From an uncultured Gammaproteobacteria bacterium (GTDB lineage Bacteria; Pseudomonadota; Gammaproteobacteria; JAKDMP01), in NCBI GenBank assembly GCA_963843735.1, contig CAWJLN010000009.1, positions 104,182 through 168,181 on the forward strand: a stretch of DNA of 64,000 nucleotides, read 5' to 3'. Within the stretch, counting starts at the first letter, position 1. Every line of letters starts with the position of its first letter. The position numbers and the translations under genes are program-made. The notes beneath the pieces were generated by a model. It saw only the letters and a list, made by a program, of their open reading frames with translations, was not told where the DNA came from and ran no database searches. Of this stretch, positions 58,774 through 64,000 are shown piece after piece.

Positions 58774-59006
58774 TGGCCTTCTCGTTTGTCTCCCTTATGC
58801 GTATATTACCGCTCGCGAGCAACTTTTCGTAAGACCGTGACCCTCAAAAATCACCTATTCGTGGTCCCGTTGGGTGCGCCCGAGCACCCTAAGGCTTTGG
58901 GCTTGCGCCCGAAAGGGAGGCGTACGACGCATGAATTCGCAACGAGGTTTCCGCGCCGAAAGCACATCCTTGCGCCGCAACGCAAACAATTCTCCACAGA
59001 AGAGGG

Positions 59007-60221
59007 TCAGAGGAGCGGTTTGGCGAGCTCGGGGAGGTCACCGGCGGTGCCGAGTGCGATGCGGATCGCGTAGCGTTTGGCGGGCGCGGCGAGGTCGAAC
59101 AGTTTCATGCCGACGCCGCGCAGCGTGCGCGCCGGTGCGTAGTCCAGACCGAACAACCGCTTGAAGCCGCCGAACGCGGTTTGCGCGGCGAGGTTTTCGC
59201 CGTGACGCCAACGCTCGTAGCGGCGGAGCAGGAGATAGTCGTCGGCGTCGCTGCCCGCGCGCCGGCCATCGCCGATGACTTCGGCGAGCGCGGCGGCGTC
59301 GAGGAGCCCCAGGTTCATGCCCTGCCCGGCCAGCGGATGCACGACGTGCGCCGCGTCGCCGACGAGCACGACTCGGGGTGCGATATAGCTTTGAGCGTGC
59401 AGTTTGAGCAAGGGGAACGAGGCGCGTTCGCTCGCGAGCGTGAGTTTTCCGAGTACGTTTTCGCTTGCCTCGCCGACGGCGTCGCCGAAGGCCGCTTCGT
59501 CAAGTGCCAACAAGCGCTCCGCTTCCTCCGGCGACGTGGACCAGACGATGGAGACGCGGCCGTCGGCGAGCGGCAGGAGCGCGAGCGGTCCGTTCGGTCG
59601 GAATATCTGCCGCGCCGTCGCGCCGTGCGGTTTTTCGGGTTCGAGATGCGCGACCACGGCCTTCTGTCCGTACGGCGATTCCTGTGTCTCGATGCCGGCT
59701 AACGTGCGCAGCTGCGAACGCGCCCCATCTGCACCGACGGCGACGAGCGCCGTGATCCGTCGCCCGCTTTCGAGAATCAACTCGGCGGCATCGTCACCAA
59801 CGTTCAGTTGTTCGAGTCTTTCCGGGCAATGCCAGGCGATATCGGGCGCGGCGCGCACGCGCTCGACGAGCGTGGCAGCGAGCAGACTGCCCTCGACGAT
59901 GTGACCGAGATCGGCTTCGTCCACGTCGGCGGCATCGAAGCGCACGCGCCCGCGGCCGTTCGCTTCCCATACTTCCATCGCGTCGTACGCGGCGGCTCGG
60001 GCTTCGGCGATGCGGTCCCAGGCACCGAGCCGGCGGAGTATGTTCTGCGAGGCGCGCGAGAGCGCGTACACGCGGAGATCCATCTTGTCCGCCGTCCACG
60101 GCGCGGGGGCTTTCGCCTCGACAAGTGCGGTCGCGACGCCGGCGCGCGCGAGCGCAAGCGCAAGCACGCTGCCCACCGGACCCGCGCCGACGATGGCGAC
60201 TTCGACATCGGAACCGCTCAC
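59007..60221 (-). CDS. ubiI: FAD-dependent ubiquinone-biosynthesis hydroxylase (UbiI/UbiF/VisC type)
   Basis: VAIVGAGPVGSVLALALARAG, GDAAHVVHPLAGQGMNLGLLD. It sits downstream of ubiH, as in the pepP-ubiH-visC order. The exact paralogue is not resolvable by eye. Confidence 0.7.
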   Translation of the reverse strand: MSGSDVEVAIVGAGPVGSVLALALARAGVATALVEAKAPAPWTADKMDLRVYALSRASQNILRRLGAWDRIAEARAAAYDAMEVWEANGRGRVRFDAADVDEADLGHIVEGSLLAATLVERVRAAPDIAWHCPERLEQLNVGDDAAELILESGRRITALVAVGADGARSQLRTLAGIETQESPYGQKAVVAHLEPEKPHGATARQIFRPNGPLALLPLADGRVSIVWSTSPEEAERLLALDEAAFGDAVGEASENVLGKLTLASERASFPLLKLHAQSYIAPRVVLVGDAAHVVHPLAGQGMNLGLLDAAALAEVIGDGRRAGSDADDYLLLRRYERWRHGENLAAQTAFGGFKRLFGLDYAPARTLRGVGMKLFDLAAPAKRYAIRIALGTAGDLPELAKPLL

Positions 60222-60242
60222 AACGGGAGAACTCCTTTTGCA

Positions 60243-60286
60243 TTCCCCCTCTCCCTCAACGGGAGAGGGTTGGGGTGAGGGTGAAG
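60243..60286 (+). repeat. Intergenic GC-rich palindromic repeat, family copy C1
   Basis: ttccccctctccctcaacgggagagggttggggtgagggtgaag lies between ubiH and ubiI. Confidence 0.75.
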
Positions 60287-60300
60287 GCTTCGACAGTCAG

Positions 60301-60360
60301 CCGCTTCGCGGCTGCGCCCCTCATCCTCGCCTTCTCCCGCAAGGGGAGAAGGGACAAGAG
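60301..60360 (-). repeat. Intergenic GC-rich palindromic repeat, family copy C2 (inverted relative to C1)
   Basis: ccgcttcgcggctgcgcccctcatcctcgccttctcccgcaaggggagaagggacaagag, collinear with copy A at 49452-49510. Confidence 0.75.
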
Positions 60361-60399
60361 ACAAGGAATCGCGAGCAAGCTCGCTCCTACGTGCATAGC

Positions 60400-61611
60400 T
60401 CACGGGCGGGCTCCGCGGACAAGTGCCGGCAGCGGGCGCGAGGCGAGTCCCATGCCCTGGCGCGCGACTTCGCGTGCGAACGGCCGCAATAATTCCGAGG
60501 CGAACAATCCCGCGGCGCGCGCCGGACTCGAAAACGGCAGATTGGAATCACCCGCGCGCCGGATCGCACCGGTGAAGGCCCGCGTGCGCGCCTGGTCACG
60601 GCGACGCGCACGCGCGTAGCGTGCAAGCGTCGGCGCGGCGCCGGAATCGTTGTGCTCATCGCCGATGCATTCGGCGAGCACGGCGACGTCACGCACGGTG
60701 AGATTGAAGCCCTGCGCGGCCACGGGATGCAGCGCGTGGGCGGCGTTGCCGATCACCACGGCGCGCTCGGCGGTTTGTGCAAGCGCCCGCGTTTCGGCAA
60801 GCGGAAAACGGCGGATCGGAGCCGCCGGTTCGAACGCGCCGAGCCGCCCGCCGATCGCGGCTTCGACACGGGCAAGAAACGCTTTCGGTTCGAGTGCCGC
60901 GAACTCTTCGCTGCGCTCCTCGGGCAAGGCCCACACAATGCCGACTTTTTTGCCCGCGCGCGGCAGGATCGCAAGCGTTCCGTCGCGGGTGAAGCGTTCG
61001 AAGGCGATGCCGGGCTGCGGGCGCGCGGCACTCGCTGTCGTCACCCAGGCCATGCTGTCGTAGCGTCGTTCGCGGACGCCGATGCCGAGCGATGTGCGCA
61101 GCTTGGAACCGGCCCCGTCCGCGATCACCAGCAGACGCGCGGGAATCGTTTTCCCCGCGCCTGCGGAGGTGATCGCCACTTCGCGCAGCTCGCCCGCAAG
61201 CGGTGCCGCCGTCGCCGCGGCAGGACTTTCGAGGGCAACGCCCGCCGCTGCCGCGGCATCTTCAATCGCCGCAAGCAATGCCTCCGCCGGGACGACCTGG
61301 CCGAGCGCGGCGACTCCCATCTCGCGCGCGGTGAGGCACAACCGGCCGAAGCGCCCGGCTTCGGACACGTGCACGGCGATGATCGGCGTGGCGGAATCGG
61401 CGAGCACCGGCCACAGGCCAAACGATTCCAAGACGCGCACGCTCGCAAGCGAAAGCGAAATGCTGCGGCCGTCGCCGTTCGCGCTGCGCGGGCGCACACT
61501 CGTCTCGATGACCGTCACCTGCAAGCCGCGCCGCGCGAACGCAAGCGCCGCGAGGCCGCCCGCAAGCGCCCCGCCGACGATCACGACATCGCGCGGTGCC
61601 GCCTCGTTCAC
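60400..61611 (-). CDS. ubiH: 2-octaprenyl-6-methoxyphenol hydroxylase
   Basis: VVIVGGALAGGLAALAFARRG, GNAAHALHPVAAQGFNLTVRD. It overlaps the pepP stop. Confidence 0.8.
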   Translation of the reverse strand: MNEAAPRDVVIVGGALAGGLAALAFARRGLQVTVIETSVRPRSANGDGRSISLSLASVRVLESFGLWPVLADSATPIIAVHVSEAGRFGRLCLTAREMGVAALGQVVPAEALLAAIEDAAAAAGVALESPAAATAAPLAGELREVAITSAGAGKTIPARLLVIADGAGSKLRTSLGIGVRERRYDSMAWVTTASAARPQPGIAFERFTRDGTLAILPRAGKKVGIVWALPEERSEEFAALEPKAFLARVEAAIGGRLGAFEPAAPIRRFPLAETRALAQTAERAVVIGNAAHALHPVAAQGFNLTVRDVAVLAECIGDEHNDSGAAPTLARYARARRRDQARTRAFTGAIRRAGDSNLPFSSPARAAGLFASELLRPFAREVARQGMGLASRPLPALVRGARP

Positions 61612-62915
61612 GCCGCCTGCATCCAGGCCTCGATCTCGTCCGGCTCCTTGACGAGCCCGCCGGTGAGCACGTCGGGATCGCCGCGGGTCACGAGCACGTC
61701 GTCCTCAATGCGCACGCCGATGCCCCACCACTTCTTCGCCACGCCCTTGGTGCCCGGCGCGATATAGATGCCCGGCTCGACCGTGAGCACCATGCCGGGC
61801 TCGAGTTCACGCCATTCGCCGCCGACCTTGTAGTCGCCGACGTCGTGCACGTCGAGGCCCAGCCAATGCCCCGCGCGGTGCATGTAGAACTTGCGGTAGG
61901 CGCCTTCCTTGATGAGCTTGGCGGGCGTGCCCTTGAGGAGCCCGAGCTTGATCAGCCCGCGCGTGATTACGCGCACGGTCTCCTCGTGCGGCTCGTTGAA
62001 GCGCTTGCCCGCGCGGCATTTGTCTATCGCCGCCTTCTGCGCGGCGAGCACCAGCGAGTAAACCGCACGCTGCTCCTCGGTGAAGCGGCCGCTGACCGGG
62101 AAAGTGCGGGTGATGTCCGAGGCGTAGTACTCGTGCTCGCAGCCGGCGTCTATCAGGAGCATGTCGCCGTCTTCCATGCGCCGCCTGTTCTCCACGTAAT
62201 GCAGGATGCAGCTGTTCGGGCCGGAGCCGACGATCGAACCGTAGGCCTCGCGGTTGCCGTGCGCGCGGAAGTGGCCGATCAGTTCGGCCTCCACCTCGTA
62301 TTCATAGGCACCGGCGCGCGCGCGGCGCATGGCGCGCCGATGGGCCTCCATCGAAATCGCGGCGGCGCGCTTCATGGCGCCGATCTCGGCACGGCTCTTG
62401 TACAGACGCAGATCGTGGAGCAGATGCTCCAGCGCAACGAACTCCTCCGGGGTGCGCGCGCCGGAACGCCCCTCCGCGCGCAGATGATTCAGCCAGCCGA
62501 TCATGCGCCGGTCGAACTCGGGGAACACGCCCATCGTGTAACACACGCTTTCGCAAGGTTCGATCAGCCCGGGCAGGATATCGTCCATGTCGCCGACGGG
62601 GAAGGCATCGGCCGCGCCGTAATCGCGCACCGCGCCCTCGGGTCCCGCGCGGTAGCCGTCCCAGGTCTCGCGCTCGGGATCGCGGTCGCGGCAGAAAAGA
62701 ATATAGTCGCCGGCCTTGCGCCCCGGGATCAGCACCGCCACCGCATTCGGTTCGTTGAAGCCGGTGAGGTAGTAGAAGTCGCTGTCCTGACGGAACGGAT
62801 AGGTGACGTCACGATTCCTGATCTTCTCGCCGGTCGAGGGAATAATCGCGATTGCGCCTTTGCCCATCATGCGCATGAGGGTAGTGCGGCGACGCTTGAA
62901 CTCCTGCTGCTCCAT
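61608..62915 (-). CDS. pepP: Xaa-Pro aminopeptidase
   Basis: MEQQEFKRRR..., FRQDSDFYYLTGF, metal ligands in LIDAGCEHEYYASDITRT, HWLGLDVHD and VLTVEPGIY. The start ATG is at 62915; the track ORF is over-extended to 63095. Confidence 0.9.
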   Translation of the reverse strand: MEQQEFKRRRTTLMRMMGKGAIAIIPSTGEKIRNRDVTYPFRQDSDFYYLTGFNEPNAVAVLIPGRKAGDYILFCRDRDPERETWDGYRAGPEGAVRDYGAADAFPVGDMDDILPGLIEPCESVCYTMGVFPEFDRRMIGWLNHLRAEGRSGARTPEEFVALEHLLHDLRLYKSRAEIGAMKRAAAISMEAHRRAMRRARAGAYEYEVEAELIGHFRAHGNREAYGSIVGSGPNSCILHYVENRRRMEDGDMLLIDAGCEHEYYASDITRTFPVSGRFTEEQRAVYSLVLAAQKAAIDKCRAGKRFNEPHEETVRVITRGLIKLGLLKGTPAKLIKEGAYRKFYMHRAGHWLGLDVHDVGDYKVGGEWRELEPGMVLTVEPGIYIAPGTKGVAKKWWGIGVRIEDDVLVTRGDPDVLTGGLVKEPDEIEAWMQAA

Positions 62916-62979
62916 TCGTGACTCCGAACTGCCTGAAACGCTCTCATTTTGCCACGTATGCCGCAAAAAACGTGGCGGG

Positions 62980-63480
62980 CTATTCGAGCAGGCGGTAAAA
63001 ATGACCGGCACAAAGGCGCGCGTATTCGACGAGTTCCGCGTAGGCCAGTTCCTCCGCGTCGCTCGCGTTTTCTTCCAGCGAAGCGCCGCGGGCAACGGCG
63101 TCTAGATCGCGCAACATATCCACGGCCTCATCATCCAGCGCGTCAAGACGTGCGCCGGCCTGACCGAGACCGGAAAGGAATCCGCGCACCCAGGCCGCCA
63201 AGGCCTCGATGCGCCGCGCGAGCGCAACCGTATCGGCGGGCAGCGATAAGGATAATGAGAAGCAATCCTCGCGCAAGGCGCTCTCGCATTCCCCTGCAAA
63301 GACTTCCAGCCGCATCCGCGCAGCGTCACCGGCCTCCGCCGTGGCGATTTTTACCGCATTCACCGACGTCTCACGGGCGACGAGCACTCCCGCGACCGTC
63401 CCGTGAATTTCGGCGGTGAGAACGGCCTCATCGACCTCATTGAGGCGCGTGACGGGACGCGGATACGGGGTTTTCGACAT
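62980..63480 (-). CDS. ygfB: UPF0149 (YgfB/YecA-like) family protein
   Basis: 166 aa directly upstream of pepP, matching the conserved ygfB-pepP-ubiH order, with an acidic C-terminal half. Confidence 0.7.
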   Translation of the reverse strand: MSKTPYPRPVTRLNEVDEAVLTAEIHGTVAGVLVARETSVNAVKIATAEAGDAARMRLEVFAGECESALREDCFSLSLSLPADTVALARRIEALAAWVRGFLSGLGQAGARLDALDDEAVDMLRDLDAVARGASLEENASDAEELAYAELVEYARLCAGHFYRLLE

Positions 63481-63510
63481 GGCCGCTCCAGTTTACCGCG
63501 CCCCGTGGGA

Positions 63511-63539
63511 TTGATATACTCCCCTCAAACGCTTATAGT
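63511..63539 (+). promoter_or_regulatory. Candidate sigma-70 promoter (TTGATA-N17-TATAGT)
   Basis: -35 TTGATA at 63511-63516, a 17-nt spacer, and -10 TATAGT at 63534-63539. The ATG at 63548 is only 8 nt downstream and has no Shine-Dalgarno sequence, so the transcript would be leaderless or nearly so. Confidence 0.45.
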
Positions 63540-63547
63540 TCAACGCC

Positions 63548-63775
63548 ATGGATACCAAACTGCCCAAGGAACTGGAGTCTGAACTCGCCGCCCTGGAGCG
63601 CGAGATGCACGGACTACTGAACACCGTAAAGCGCCTGCGCGAGGAAAAGAAGCTGCTGGGCGAGCGCCTGAACAGCGTGAACAGCGAGCGTGCGCAACTC
63701 CTCAACAAGAACGCCGTGGTGCAAAACCGGGTCGAGACCATGATCGCACGCTTGAAAGGCATCGAGAAGGCGTAG
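63548..63775 (+). CDS. Small coiled-coil protein preceding zapA (cell-division-associated, ZapB/TIGR02449-like)
   Basis: 75 aa, entirely heptad-like (LESELAALEREMHGLLNTVKRLREEKKLLGERLNSVNSERAQLL). It occupies the conserved position between ygfB and zapA. Confidence 0.55.
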   Translation: MDTKLPKELESELAALEREMHGLLNTVKRLREEKKLLGERLNSVNSERAQLLNKNAVVQNRVETMIARLKGIEKA

Positions 63776-63785
63776 CGGAAAACTA

Positions 63786-64000
63786 ATGGCCGACACGAAC
63801 ACCCAAGTCAGCGTACGCATCCTCGATCGCGACTACCAGATCGCCTGCCCGCCCGAGGAACGCGAGTCGCTGATCAAGGCCGCCGATTACCTTTCCCAGC
63901 GCATGGCGGAAGTGCGCGATTCGGGCCGCGTCGTGGGCATGGACCGCATTGCCGTCATGGTCGCGCTCAATCTCGCGCACCAGTATCTCGGCGCCGACCA
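63786..64000 (+). CDS. zapA: Cell division protein ZapA (5' part; continues beyond the window)
   Basis: Hand translation from the ATG at 63786 gives MADTNTQVSVRILDRDYQIACPPEERESLIKAADYLSQRMAEVRDSGRVVGMDRIAVMVALNLAHQYL. It is not in the ORF track because it runs off the edge. Confidence 0.8.
   Translation, partial: MADTNTQVSVRILDRDYQIACPPEERESLIKAADYLSQRMAEVRDSGRVVGMDRIAVMVALNLAHQYLGAD

Overview
This is a 64-kb window from a high-GC (about 65% by spot counts) proteobacterial chromosome with a gammaproteobacterium-like gene order. Most of it is conserved housekeeping synteny. The recognisable blocks are gatCA; mreBCD-mrdA-rodA-mltB-rlpA-(class IV aminotransferase)-ybeD-lipB; amgK-murU divergent from lptD-surA-pdxA-rsmA; apaG-apaH; phhAB; and zapA/ygfB-pepP-ubiH-ubiI.

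Four accessory segments interrupt this backbone:
- A 5-kb block between rsmA and apaG, holding an ECF sigma, a membrane protein, a hydrolase, a FUSC-family protein and a Usp.
- An ECF sigma / ZAS anti-sigma operon that continues into a flavoprotein disulfide reductase, an ArsS-family radical SAM enzyme and a ferredoxin-NADP reductase. It lies divergent from a Met-rich secreted protein plus a cupredoxin.
- An AT-richer island at about 39.7-46.2 kb. It contains an IS200-type element, a DNA methyltransferase and a two-gene operon ending in a MORC-like GHKL ATPase that is split by an IS3-family element. A hipBA module follows.
- An AT-richer gene for a secreted ankyrin protein with two copies of an unrecognised four-Cys domain.

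The methyltransferase + orfX + GHKL ATPase module is my best candidate for an undescribed, defence-like system. The sigma-controlled redox/radical-SAM cluster is second.

At least 10 single-nucleotide frame disruptions occur in otherwise well-conserved genes, including mreB and lptD. This points to indel errors in the assembly rather than true pseudogenes.

I found no rRNA, tRNA or CRISPR array. All homology calls rest on motifs and gene order read by eye. No searches were run.
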